Assembly: GCA_013388515.1 (NCBI GenBank)
Contig: JACAFC010000196.1
Span: forward strand, 397 to 64,396
Source of the DNA: Ignavibacteriaceae bacterium
Lineage (GTDB): Bacteria; Bacteroidota; Ignavibacteria; Ignavibacteriales; Ignavibacteriaceae
DNA: 64,000 nt
Reading direction: 5' to 3'
The notes under the pieces were generated by a model that ran no database searches, was not told the origin of the DNA, and worked only from the letters and a program-made list of their open reading frames with translations. The translations under genes were made by a program, and so were the position numbers. This document shows, piece by piece, positions 45,101 to 53,649 of this stretch (positions are counted from its first letter, which is position 1; each line of letters begins with the position of its first letter).

Positions 45101-46653
45101 ATTTCATCTGAAAAATTTGCTGATAAGTATTCGTCAACTATCTTTTTTAAGTGGAAATATATTTTGTCTTGTAACAAATTAGGCGCTGAGTTTGTTAACC
45201 AATCCAAGGTTTTTTCAACAAGAGCAGTAGAAAATCCACACCTGTATAAAAATGCATCCTGTTTTGTTGAAATGAAAACAATTTCTTTTAGTGCTAAAAT
45301 AATATGTTGGAGATTGGATAAGTCGAGGAAAGGGAACAACTGATTGAAGGATGCAGAATTAATAAAGTTGATAATTGATCTTGTAGAATCTAATATTCCC
45401 CCTTCTACAAATGAATTTGTTGTCTGCGTGGGATGAATTCTAGTTACACAGGTACGCTTATCAATATACTTCACTTGGTATTTAGCTGCAATTCGCAGCC
45501 ACATGTCAAAATCCTGGCCTTGGCGAAGAGCTTCATCAAATTTGCCAACAGTTTCAAATACACTCTTATGTATAGCAATCGAATTACCATGAACATAATT
45601 GGCCAAAAAAAATCTTGTCACTTGAAATGCTTTATCCGGTATATCAAGCCATAATCCCGGTTTAATTTTTTGACCGGTTTGTTGTAAATAAATAAACCAG
45701 TGACTGATGAAAAATTTGATCTCTGGGTTTTCAACAATAGCGTTATAATGATGTTCGAGTTTATCAGATTCAAACCAATCATCTGAAGAAAGCCAGCAAA
45801 TCCATTCTCCGCTTGCGTTTTCTATTCCTAGATTTAGAGCACTTGCTACTCCACCGTTTTCTTTATGAAAAGCTCTAAATCTTTTGTCTAGAGATAAATA
45901 TTTATCAATTACTTCTTTGGTATTGTCGCTGCTTCCATCATTTACGATTATTGCTTCCCAAAATGGAATTGATTGATTCAATACAGAATCAAGGGCTTTT
46001 CCTAAATACTCAGCTTGATTGTAAGTTGGAATTACTACAGTAAACATTGGTCTAGTAAACTCCAACTGTTTATTAATGTTTAGTACTGCAAACATTGCCC
46101 CTTTCGGAATTTCGTATTCAATATTTAGATTATTATGAGTATGAAAATCTTTACAGACGTAAAATTCCCATTCTTCACCAAAATCTTCCGGTAACCAACC
46201 ACTTTTGTGCTCTTGCCACTTTCCGCCATCCAAACCCCAAGCATCTTTTTCGTCTTCATGATTTTGTTCAATGAACCCATAGGGAGTAAATATCACAATT
46301 TGCTTGGTTGCTTTTGAGATAGTTTTCTTAAGTAATTTCTTACCATCCTCTTTTTCAAGGTGCTCTATAACATCAAGCAAGAATATTGTTTCTACAGAAT
46401 AGTCATTGAGCTTTTGAACAGCTTCCTTCCAATCACAATTAATAAACGAATACTTATTTTTTTCTTCAGTGTTTTGAGATTTTTTGAAATGATCTATGTA
46501 TTGTTGGTGCGGCTCAAAGCAAATATGATGTTTAGCTTTAATGAATGTTTGAGGACGAATTCCACAACCAATATCTGCAATTATTTCTGCTGGATGTATG
46601 TTTTTCTGAACGGTTTCAAACAATTCTTCGCGGTTTACAAAATTAATTTGCAT
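42190..46653 (-). CDS. 1487-aa multi-domain enzyme: SAM methyltransferase - GT2 - Zn ribbon - GT4 (GT-B) - GT2 - TPR
   Basis: Residues ~1-135 are a class I methyltransferase (IADIGCGIRP; LLDVIEHLE). Residues 203-400 are GT2 (FTVVIPTYNQ...NDGSSDNT...SSDDWF). Residues 625-654 carry CKNC...CPSC. Residues 688-1010 are GT4 (WYEGFSLPILEAMACGTPFI). Residues 1071-1285 are GT2 (VSIVIPAHNQ...IDNASASET...ANNDIVF...YEDDDFCLRA). Residues ~1340-1460 are TPR. Confidence 0.85.
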   Translation of the reverse strand: MQINFVNREELFETVQKNIHPAEIIADIGCGIRPQTFIKAKHHICFEPHQQYIDHFKKSQNTEEKNKYSFINCDWKEAVQKLNDYSVETIFLLDVIEHLEKEDGKKLLKKTISKATKQIVIFTPYGFIEQNHEDEKDAWGLDGGKWQEHKSGWLPEDFGEEWEFYVCKDFHTHNNLNIEYEIPKGAMFAVLNINKQLEFTRPMFTVVIPTYNQAEYLGKALDSVLNQSIPFWEAIIVNDGSSDNTKEVIDKYLSLDKRFRAFHKENGGVASALNLGIENASGEWICWLSSDDWFESDKLEHHYNAIVENPEIKFFISHWFIYLQQTGQKIKPGLWLDIPDKAFQVTRFFLANYVHGNSIAIHKSVFETVGKFDEALRQGQDFDMWLRIAAKYQVKYIDKRTCVTRIHPTQTTNSFVEGGILDSTRSIINFINSASFNQLFPFLDLSNLQHIILALKEIVFISTKQDAFLYRCGFSTALVEKTLDWLTNSAPNLLQDKIYFHLKKIVDEYLSANFSDEIKNILRLFLKRKKHVYKKHNFFLDSKEYVQKLIKDGKQKQAKAVETYLKKIAPHFITSGEIETFHPVLLEFPSNGSYTELNPANVHAWVVEPDSMVENSIQHELKIQCKNCNTNFKLILKYEMKSAAHNEQFICPSCKSGFEFNDKYFSEDFIEFYKNKVTSKLGVNKTDTVTFIIKDASVLGGGTKTMFKYAEWLLELGVKVRVISFSPKPDWVTKKIEYVKINSVNDIKNDSKVYIVFSIFEVPLILNKIPISKVVHLCQGYEGYHFGRNYDELRSDKHILTQLHAIPVKNIVVSKHLFDLFKQKFNRTSYFIPNGVDHQVFSFKNYDENRSKTILFIGNPFHPLKGFSFLSNVVATIQNTTLRFPDLKLQIVMGFKPENHMATIDMMIKELNCKVELYFKLSSSEVAHLIQNASVVVCTSWYEGFSLPILEAMACGTPFITTENMGAESFCIAQHNGFFVKYGDNQHFVKQLLDILYRTIGLTDILENAYKTSLEYSDYNSCKAFINSFEQILEVKFNPEKKEKLLNQFHQKLPYNKFNNTLIKHDNKQVLVSIVIPAHNQLNYTQECINSIKASTSINYEIIIIDNASASETKSYLESLSELDIARVVWNKDNLGFPIAVNQGIQQANGKFILIANNDIVFTKGSIESLIEAAESDSVIGIVGPISNQVSGAQKDSNAVYENIEQMNNYADLVRAKNKKEILPFPRVAFLCTLIKKEVIDKIGGLDERFTPGNYEDDDFCLRAQLAGYKTVIAKDVFIHHYGSKSFKANGEKQYSDILKTNRQKFISKWGADPDEIWTRKKEFNHQHSLYISLDKDEFVKSFERANNYIKDKEYELAQQELNLAVQSYDSAAKSKQLISKEKLLILYANICLVNNDTYAARIYFEEALKLNPSSSDACFGLGQILFNDEFFEAAKTMFEWAVKNNPQNQTAFGALKTVNEILSLPQNHNSLEELEFSSLSNKPANE

Positions 46654-46727
46654 TTAGATATTTCTATTTTTTTCTTAAACTATTCCTAATTGACAATTTT
46701 CTTTTTATCTCGATAGAGTAAGAGATA

Positions 46728-47549
46728 TTATCCTTCTTTACTAACAAAGAACTTTCTCATTTCCCTTATCTGCTCTTCCAAAGTTTTCACGCAAACTTTT
46801 TTCGTTAAATCATAAATGCTGCTCATACTTCTATCAATCGCATCTTTAGCTTCGGTTGCATTTATCTTCGAAAAGTTTAGCTGATAAACATCATTAAAGA
46901 TATTCAGCAGTTCAAATTTGTTTACCGTATTCGGCGAGTGAATATGGAAAATTCCTTTTTGATAGATATTTTGTTTTAAAATACTTTCAATCACTTCAGC
47001 CAGATATAAAGTTGTAACGCCATTCCACAAATGGTTTGTAAATCCGTTTACTTCTTTACCGGCTTGACTTTTTGCCCATTCAAGCAATGAACGGCTTTGA
47101 CCTTTTTCTTCACCAATTATCGAAGTACGGAGAACCATACAATCTTTGTTTTCACCTGCATTCTTTGTCATTCCATAGGTATCATCAGCATCGAAAAGAG
47201 AGTTCTCATCATAATTGCCTTTTTTGCCTGAGTACACACAGTCTGTAGTAACATGAAAGCACTTAATGTTTCTCTCGCTCGTCATCTTGGCTAAGTTTCT
47301 AGGAAATATCGAATTGACCCTCAAAGCTTGCTCTATGGGGAATTTGCCAATTGTAGGTTTTATCAATCCTGCACAATTAATTACAACGTCAATTCCTTTA
47401 AGGAAAGGAATAAAATTTTCGTGTGGTTCAGTTCCAATATCAAAATTATTGCGAGAAAGTTTTGTGACATTATAGGATTTAGAAAGGAAATATTCTGAAA
47501 CGGCGTAACCAAGCATTCCGGTAGAGCCAATAACTAAAAATTTTTCCAT
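46728..47549 (-). CDS. RmlD-like NAD(P)-dependent sugar 4-ketoreductase (SDR)
   Basis: 273 aa. Rossmann motif LVIGSTGMLG, catalytic TDCVYSG...YGMTK, and RmlD substrate-binding-domain-like length and layout. Confidence 0.75.
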   Translation of the reverse strand: MEKFLVIGSTGMLGYAVSEYFLSKSYNVTKLSRNNFDIGTEPHENFIPFLKGIDVVINCAGLIKPTIGKFPIEQALRVNSIFPRNLAKMTSERNIKCFHVTTDCVYSGKKGNYDENSLFDADDTYGMTKNAGENKDCMVLRTSIIGEEKGQSRSLLEWAKSQAGKEVNGFTNHLWNGVTTLYLAEVIESILKQNIYQKGIFHIHSPNTVNKFELLNIFNDVYQLNFSKINATEAKDAIDRSMSSIYDLTKKVCVKTLEEQIREMRKFFVSKEG

Positions 47550-47996
47550 TTATCTTTCCTCCACTTGCCATGCTTCCCAGTAATGAGCATCATAGCGGAT
47601 GTCATCGTTTAAGCTGTCTTTTAATTCCGATGTAGAAAAGAAAATAATTTTTGTATCATCGCTTAATGACATAAATCCATTTGCATAGCCAGAGGGAATA
47701 AATAAAACTGAAGGATTTTTTTCGCTTAAAACAAATCGATTTACTTTTAAATCTTTGGCTGGATTTTCCCAATTATCAATTTTTACTGCTCCAACAACTG
47801 CAGATCCTTTTACAACCATAACATATTTTGCTTCTTTTTTGTGTGCATGCCAAGCACGGACAAAACCTTGTTTATGGTTTTCAACAGTGTAAAAGCGTTT
47901 TACCCCTTCAAAGTTGAAATCATTAACAAAGCAAACAGTTCCTCTATCATCTACTGATAAACCTCCCCTTAACAAGATAGGATTTTGTTCTTCCAT
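47550..47996 (-). CDS. RmlC-like cupin (sugar-nucleotide epimerase/ketoisomerase family)
   Basis: 148 aa, small beta-barrel. FYTVENHKQGFVRAWHAHKKEAKYVMVVKGSAVV...FIPSGYANGF resembles dTDP-4-dehydrorhamnose 3,5-epimerase-related or WxcM-like cupins. Confidence 0.65.
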   Translation of the reverse strand: MEEQNPILLRGGLSVDDRGTVCFVNDFNFEGVKRFYTVENHKQGFVRAWHAHKKEAKYVMVVKGSAVVGAVKIDNWENPAKDLKVNRFVLSEKNPSVLFIPSGYANGFMSLSDDTKIIFFSTSELKDSLNDDIRYDAHYWEAWQVEER

Positions 47997-48970
47997 TAAG
48001 CAACCTCCACTTCTTTGAATACTTTAAACATTAATTCCTCATAATGTTCCTTCAAATAAGCTTGATTGGAGTAACGCGGACTCTTTAAATCTTTAATACG
48101 CCTTGTTTCAACCAAATGCTTTAATTCTTCTATTCCTTCATCAATTGAATGAATTGATTTGAATCCAAAAATATCTTCAGCTTTTTTTGATGAAACTCGA
48201 TAATTGCGGGTATCTTGAAACGTTCTGTTTGTTGTTTCGATTTTCAAGTCGGGGAAATGCATTCGCACTTGATAAGCTAAATCACTAATACGAACATTCT
48301 GCCTTGCAAGATTGAATGTGCCATTATTTTCTGATTCCAAATTCATTAATACAGCTCGAGCAACATCTTTTACATGAAGAAGGGGACGGAATTGATCGCC
48401 TCCATACACACTAATTCGGCCTTCTACAAAAGCACGAACTGTGAGTATATTCACAACCAGATCTAAACGAATGCGCGAATAAAGATCTCCCACTCCGAAG
48501 AGCGTTCCGAGGCGAAATATAATTGAATTTTTGTGCTTCAATAATTTTTCCGCATTCAGTTTAGTTTCTGCATAAAGTGAAAGGGGATTAGTAGGTGAGG
48601 TTTCATTTAATTCAGAGTTTTGTGCTCCATATACAGAACAAGTGGACATAAAAACAATTCGGCCATTGTAATTGTCTGCTAACCAACCTACTGAATCTTG
48701 ATTTATTGATTTAGTTAACTCTGGATTAAGTTGGCATGCTTCATCGCCAACAATAGCAGCCAGCCAAACAACAGCATCAGCCCATTTCAATTGGGCTTTC
48801 AGTTTTTCGTATTCACGAATATCGCCGTAAACAAAATCCACAGGTTTCCGAAAGGAATCCTCATATAAAAGTGCATCATAAACACGCACATTATAATTGG
48901 CTTGCTGGATTAAATCAGTTATTGCTCCGCCTACATAACCAGCACCGCCAACAATAAGTATATTTTTCAT
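47996..48970 (-). CDS. NAD-dependent sugar-nucleotide epimerase/dehydratase (extended SDR)
   Basis: 324 aa. GGAGYVG Rossmann motif and STCSVYG...YAETK catalytic triad region. Epimerase versus 4,6-dehydratase cannot be decided by eye. Confidence 0.85.
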   Translation of the reverse strand: MKNILIVGGAGYVGGAITDLIQQANYNVRVYDALLYEDSFRKPVDFVYGDIREYEKLKAQLKWADAVVWLAAIVGDEACQLNPELTKSINQDSVGWLADNYNGRIVFMSTCSVYGAQNSELNETSPTNPLSLYAETKLNAEKLLKHKNSIIFRLGTLFGVGDLYSRIRLDLVVNILTVRAFVEGRISVYGGDQFRPLLHVKDVARAVLMNLESENNGTFNLARQNVRISDLAYQVRMHFPDLKIETTNRTFQDTRNYRVSSKKAEDIFGFKSIHSIDEGIEELKHLVETRRIKDLKSPRYSNQAYLKEHYEELMFKVFKEVEVA

Positions 48971-50079
48971 TTCTGTAATTCCCTTTTTAAAATGCTTACA
49001 ATTCTGTTTGAAGTTTTACCATCCCCAAGCCACTTTAGTTTTGATGGGGAGATTGAATAATTATTGAAGAACCTAATTGTTTCGTGAACCATTTGATTGA
49101 TTGGTCTATCCTCTCCAACTAAAATGCTGTTTCCATTTTCAACAGATTCCGGTCTTTCAGTTGCTTTACGTGGAACAGCTACAGGTACACCTAACAGCGG
49201 ACATTCTTCCTGGCAAGTACCTGAATCGGATATTACTCCATAAGCATTGTATTGGAGGTTTAAATAATCAAGAAATCCATACGGTCCTGAAAGAGTGATG
49301 TTACTCTTATCATCCAAAAGTTTAAATTCCTCAATCATTTTTACCGCACGGTTAAAGCGAACAAGTAGCACTTTTATACCAAGTTTTTGAGCAACAGAAT
49401 TTAGGTACTTTAATATGTGATCAAGCTGCTGTGCGGTTTTTAGGTTTTCATTACGATGTATATCTGCTAAAATGTAATCTTTTGATCTTGTACCGGATGG
49501 TTTGTACTGTTTAACTATTTCAACAATTGTGTTTCCAACAACGTGAACCTGTTTTGGATTTTTGTTTTCAGCAATTAGTCTTTTTTTATACAATGGCGTG
49601 TAAACAAAAACGGAATCGGAAACGTAATCACAAATTACTCGATTTACTTCCTCTGGCATTCTTCTATCGTATGATCTCATTCCGCCTTCAATGTGACCAA
49701 TTTTAAATCCTTCTTTGAACAAAGGAACACTTGCTAATGCAGAATTTGAATCACCAAGAAAGAGAATTATTTGAGGTGAGATCTTTTTCTTTTTGAGTAA
49801 ATAAATTATTTCTTTTGAAAGGTAAGATAGCTGCTCGTAATGATTTTTACTGTTACGCCCAGTTTCTAAAATAAAATCGGGTTTGCGAATCTTTAAATCA
49901 CGAAAAAATATTTTGCTTAATGAATCATCATAATGTTGGCCTGTATGAATCATAATATGATCAAAGTTCTCGTCAAGGCGTTTGAAGACTTCGCTCATTC
50001 TTATAAAATCTGGCCTAATGCCAGTAATGGTTATAATTTTTTTCATAGTATTAATTTGAGCCAATATCCATACCAACAA
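48967..50079 (-). CDS. UDP-N-acetylglucosamine 2-epimerase family (WecB-like)
   Basis: 370 aa. ITGIRPDFIRMSEVF...IHTGQHYD...FFRDL..KPD matches the WecB/Epimerase_2 N-terminus. Likely true start is the ATG at 50046 (MKKIITITG). Confidence 0.88.
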   Translation of the reverse strand: MLVWILAQINTMKKIITITGIRPDFIRMSEVFKRLDENFDHIMIHTGQHYDDSLSKIFFRDLKIRKPDFILETGRNSKNHYEQLSYLSKEIIYLLKKKKISPQIILFLGDSNSALASVPLFKEGFKIGHIEGGMRSYDRRMPEEVNRVICDYVSDSVFVYTPLYKKRLIAENKNPKQVHVVGNTIVEIVKQYKPSGTRSKDYILADIHRNENLKTAQQLDHILKYLNSVAQKLGIKVLLVRFNRAVKMIEEFKLLDDKSNITLSGPYGFLDYLNLQYNAYGVISDSGTCQEECPLLGVPVAVPRKATERPESVENGNSILVGEDRPINQMVHETIRFFNNYSISPSKLKWLGDGKTSNRIVSILKRELQK

Positions 50080-50258
50080 AAACAGATGAATAATGGGAAA
50101 AAAGTGTTTTTAATGAATATTTACTGGTTTTATTTGTGAGGTTGGCTAATCTTAGCCATAGTTTTAAACATAATTTTTTTTGATTTGACACAGAATTTGA
50201 AGGAAACAGACAGGTGATTTTTTGTATAACTATGTGAGGTGCTGATTAGAAAATTAAA

Positions 50259-52100
50259 TTAAAAGAGATATAATTTATCAAGCTTTTCAAAAATAGGTTG
50301 ACAAATTTGTTCAGCTTGAACTTCAAGAAATTTTCTTCGTTCCTCTTTTTCACGTTTTAAGTTTTCAATTTTTCTTTTGTGGGATTCAATCCTTTGATTG
50401 AAATTTTCTGTAATTGATATTTGCTTGCTTTCAGCCTCTTCTTTTAAAGCTTCAATAGCTATTTCTTTTTCTTTGCTATGGACAGCTGCGCTCCTATGCA
50501 GCCTTTGTTTTTGGTTAGACCTTTCAACTAAAACAAAAACGGACAACCCAAGCGCAATAAAAAATCCAACAATAAAAGTAAGTGCTGCCCATTTTAACCC
50601 AGTAACTAAAACCTCAGCTAAAAGGACGTTAAATTCACCATCAAAAAAACCTGAGTTATTGTTATAACCGGCAACTCCTCCTATAATAAAAACTATAATT
50701 GAAACAAAAATGTTATAGCTCATGGAATTTCTAAAGGTTAACACGGGGTTATATCTTTTTTGTTTTTCTAAATTCTGAAGGCTAATTTCAATTTCCTGGA
50801 TTGACTCCTTGGTATATTCATCAATTTGCTGAATGGTTTGCGATAATTTCTTTTTTATCTCCTCCTTAAAATCAACTAGTTCTTTTGAAAGCTGATTCAT
50901 TATAGTTGTGCTCTCATCAATATAACCGTCGTATCTTTTCATCTCATTTTCAAAAGGAATGTAAGTTTTATCATGTATGCAAGTTTTTAAATCATTTACA
51001 AACGTAGCAAAATGCGCAAGCACAATTTGAGAGATGAACCTAAATGTATAAGAATTATCGAGTTTATGTTCTTCAATAAACTTGCAGAAAAATTCCAATG
51101 ATTTTGTAATTTTTTTTGTGTAGTATGAATCCAGCTCAAGTTCTTTAAGCGAATCAAGTTTGTTTTTTAAAAATTCTGCAATTTTAAATTGAGGAGGAAT
51201 ATTTATCCGTAAACTTTCTTCTAATACATGTGAATAAGCTGCAAATTCTGAGTAGTAAAAAATATTTGTAAATATAGTGTTTTGTATAAAGTAATTGAGT
51301 AGAACATTATTGTTTGACTCGCAGGCAAATTTTAGTCTTCTAATATCATACTCTACAATATTTTTAACTAATTGTGAACCTAGATCTGGTTGGTTGGTTA
51401 TTGATGAAACATAAGCTAAATAAAATTTTGCAGTAATTCCGTTGCTATTAAGCTGTAGAGCTTCGGACAAATGATTTCCTGCGGCTTCAAAATTACCCAA
51501 CTCAATTTGTGCATAAGCTTTATATAATTCAATGTGGTAATTTAATTCTTGTTTAAAGCTTTCTTCCAGTTGAGAATTATTTAAAAAATCTTTTGCTTTT
51601 TGCAGCTGCCATATAGCCTCATTACAGTTTTTGATAGACTCATCAAAAAGCAAAATAATTGAAAAGTAAATGAAATCTAAAAAATTTTTTGAATCAGGCG
51701 TATTAGCAAGTAGTTTAGCAGCTAGCGACGAAAATATTTTCTTTTGATAGGATTCTTTAGCCATAACCCATCTTTGGTAATATCGTTTGACTGTATTCTC
51801 ATCTTGGTTTTTGGTCTTATTTTTTTCATCAAGATACTTTTCGGAATGAATAATTATGGGATATTCTAATAACCAAAGATTTGGAGTGTCTTCTCGCCTT
51901 ACAAAGTATTCACTTATTTCTTTTGGTAAATCAAAAGTAAAAAATTTTGAGCCTTCTTTAAGCACTTCAAGGTAACTAAAATCTCTTAGCTTAGATTTCT
52001 TGAAAAATTGTTGTTTTAAACGAATATAGTTGACAGAGGTTTCCGGAGCATCTTCATATGCATTTTCATGAACATTATTTCTTATTTGGCTCGTGTCCAT
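50259..52100 (-). CDS. Hypothetical 613-aa protein: N-terminal helical/TPR-like region, two TM helices, C-terminal coiled coil
   Basis: Long clean ORF with a TPR-like stretch (YHIELYKAYAQIELGNFEAAGNHLSEALQLNSN), TM helices at ~470-490 and ~505-535, and a charged coiled coil at the C-terminus. No family recognised. Confidence 0.5.
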   Translation of the reverse strand: MDTSQIRNNVHENAYEDAPETSVNYIRLKQQFFKKSKLRDFSYLEVLKEGSKFFTFDLPKEISEYFVRREDTPNLWLLEYPIIIHSEKYLDEKNKTKNQDENTVKRYYQRWVMAKESYQKKIFSSLAAKLLANTPDSKNFLDFIYFSIILLFDESIKNCNEAIWQLQKAKDFLNNSQLEESFKQELNYHIELYKAYAQIELGNFEAAGNHLSEALQLNSNGITAKFYLAYVSSITNQPDLGSQLVKNIVEYDIRRLKFACESNNNVLLNYFIQNTIFTNIFYYSEFAAYSHVLEESLRINIPPQFKIAEFLKNKLDSLKELELDSYYTKKITKSLEFFCKFIEEHKLDNSYTFRFISQIVLAHFATFVNDLKTCIHDKTYIPFENEMKRYDGYIDESTTIMNQLSKELVDFKEEIKKKLSQTIQQIDEYTKESIQEIEISLQNLEKQKRYNPVLTFRNSMSYNIFVSIIVFIIGGVAGYNNNSGFFDGEFNVLLAEVLVTGLKWAALTFIVGFFIALGLSVFVLVERSNQKQRLHRSAAVHSKEKEIAIEALKEEAESKQISITENFNQRIESHKRKIENLKREKEERRKFLEVQAEQICQPIFEKLDKLYLF

Positions 52101-52287
52101 AATGGCTAATATAGTTTGCCTAATAATCGAATTTTATCACAGTTTTTTTATAGCCAAGCAGTAAATATTTAATATACTTTGCTAATTGAATTCATCAGAT
52201 ATTTTGGGATGCAAGGTTTTTGATAATTCGGAAAGTTGTTCTAAATAGCTAACTTTAATATATAATTATTGAATAAGGAGAATTTAG

Positions 52288-52647
52288 ATGGAAGTATTCG
52301 CACTTCTTATAATCGGTTTGCTAGCTGGGGTAATTAGCGGGTTTCTTGGAATAGGGGGAGGTATAATCATAATTCCGGCACTTGTTTATCTGCTTGGATA
52401 CTCGCAGCAAAATGCACAAGGAACTTCGCTCGGATTACTTTTGCCTCCAATTGGTTTGTTTGCAGTAATTAATTATCATAAAGCGGGTTTTGTTAATATA
52501 AAAGCTGCAGCGATAATGTGCATTACTTTTATAATTGGCAGTTATTTCTCATCTAAAATTGTTGTTGATCTACCAGAGACACTTGTTAAAAAAGTTTTTG
52601 CTTCTTTCCTGCTTTTTTATTCAATAAAACTTTTTTTTGAAAAGTAA
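52288..52647 (+). CDS. Half-size TauE/SafE (DUF81) family membrane protein
   Basis: 119 aa with 4 predicted TM helices. LAGVISGFLGIGGGIIIIPALVYLLG is the typical TauE motif. AAGGAG SD 8 nt upstream. Confidence 0.75.
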   Translation: MEVFALLIIGLLAGVISGFLGIGGGIIIIPALVYLLGYSQQNAQGTSLGLLLPPIGLFAVINYHKAGFVNIKAAAIMCITFIIGSYFSSKIVVDLPETLVKKVFASFLLFYSIKLFFEK

Positions 52648-52769
52648 TTAGATGAAATGTCTATCTAGTGAATCTTTTTAATAAAAGGATATAGGAGGAT
52701 ATCACTTGACATAGTAAGTTTTTAAGGCACTGAGAGTATTTTATGTTTATGCCAAGTTTAAATATTTAA

Positions 52770-53036
52770 TCAATTGATATTTTTAAGAATGTGGATAAGT
52801 GACATAAAAACAAAACCCATGGATGATAACATTATATCCATTAGGTCAAGACTAAAAAGTTCATTTATACCCAGTAGAAAAGACAAAAGCTTTACAATTA
52901 ATATTACACTCAATACTAATACAAATCCTTGTAATCCAGCTTTTAACGGGAAAATAAAAAATTTTTTAAAACCTTTAAGAAATTGAGATTTATCCTCAAC
53001 AAAACTATCGCGATTTGTGCTTGATATTGAATTCAT
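52770..53036 (-). CDS. Hypothetical small membrane protein (88 aa, 2 TM)
   Basis: ORF only, with two hydrophobic helices. No recognisable family. Confidence 0.3.
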   Translation of the reverse strand: MNSISSTNRDSFVEDKSQFLKGFKKFFIFPLKAGLQGFVLVLSVILIVKLLSFLLGINELFSLDLMDIMLSSMGFVFMSLIHILKNIN

Positions 53037-53069
53037 ATTTCACTCATTACTAAACTTGTTTTCTCACCA

Positions 53070-53366
53070 TTATTTACAAAAATTATTGCGTTTCATTTCC
53101 TTTATTAACATAAATGTATAGAAGCATAAATATAAAGCTGAAGAACTAAGTAAAATTGTGCTGTTATTTTGTGAAGCAGTTTGGTTAAATACACTGGAAA
53201 TAAGTTGTGTAAATCCCGTAATTGTTAATATGAAAATAACATAACCTATTGATCCGGTTACGAATGATTTATACAAAATGTTCATTATTCTATTTTGTTT
53301 TCTTGAATTTGATACTACTCTGTCCATCGTGTTAATTATTGTTGCCATAGTTTCCTTACCTTTCAT
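53070..53366 (-). CDS. Hypothetical small membrane protein (98 aa, 2 TM)
   Basis: ORF only, with the same topology and tandem arrangement as 52770..53036. No recognisable family. Confidence 0.3.
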   Translation of the reverse strand: MKGKETMATIINTMDRVVSNSRKQNRIMNILYKSFVTGSIGYVIFILTITGFTQLISSVFNQTASQNNSTILLSSSALYLCFYTFMLIKEMKRNNFCK

Positions 53367-53649
53367 TTATTGTTGACTTTCTTGTTACTGCCTAGACAAG
53401 ACTCATACCATCTAAAAAAAGTCTCAAATGGAACCAAAAACAAATTTCATTAAAAAAGATGCTGTCACTAAATAAAACACTAATTTTTAGTAGTTTCATT
53501 TTAAGAATTATTTAGATTGATCGTTTTAATCAAATATTAATTTTATCCATAAAAGTGCAAATGAGCACTTGGGTATAGGATATTTTGACTTTCAGAAGTT
53601 TTATACTAATACTCAAATAGATAATTTATTAAGGTGAACTGAAGATAAT

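Noticed and set aside
50120-50160. Palindrome TGGCTAA-TC-TTAGCCA downstream of the 613-aa gene, considered as a terminator
   Set aside because: A 7-bp stem with a 2-nt loop and no following U-tract on the minus strand. It is too weak to call.
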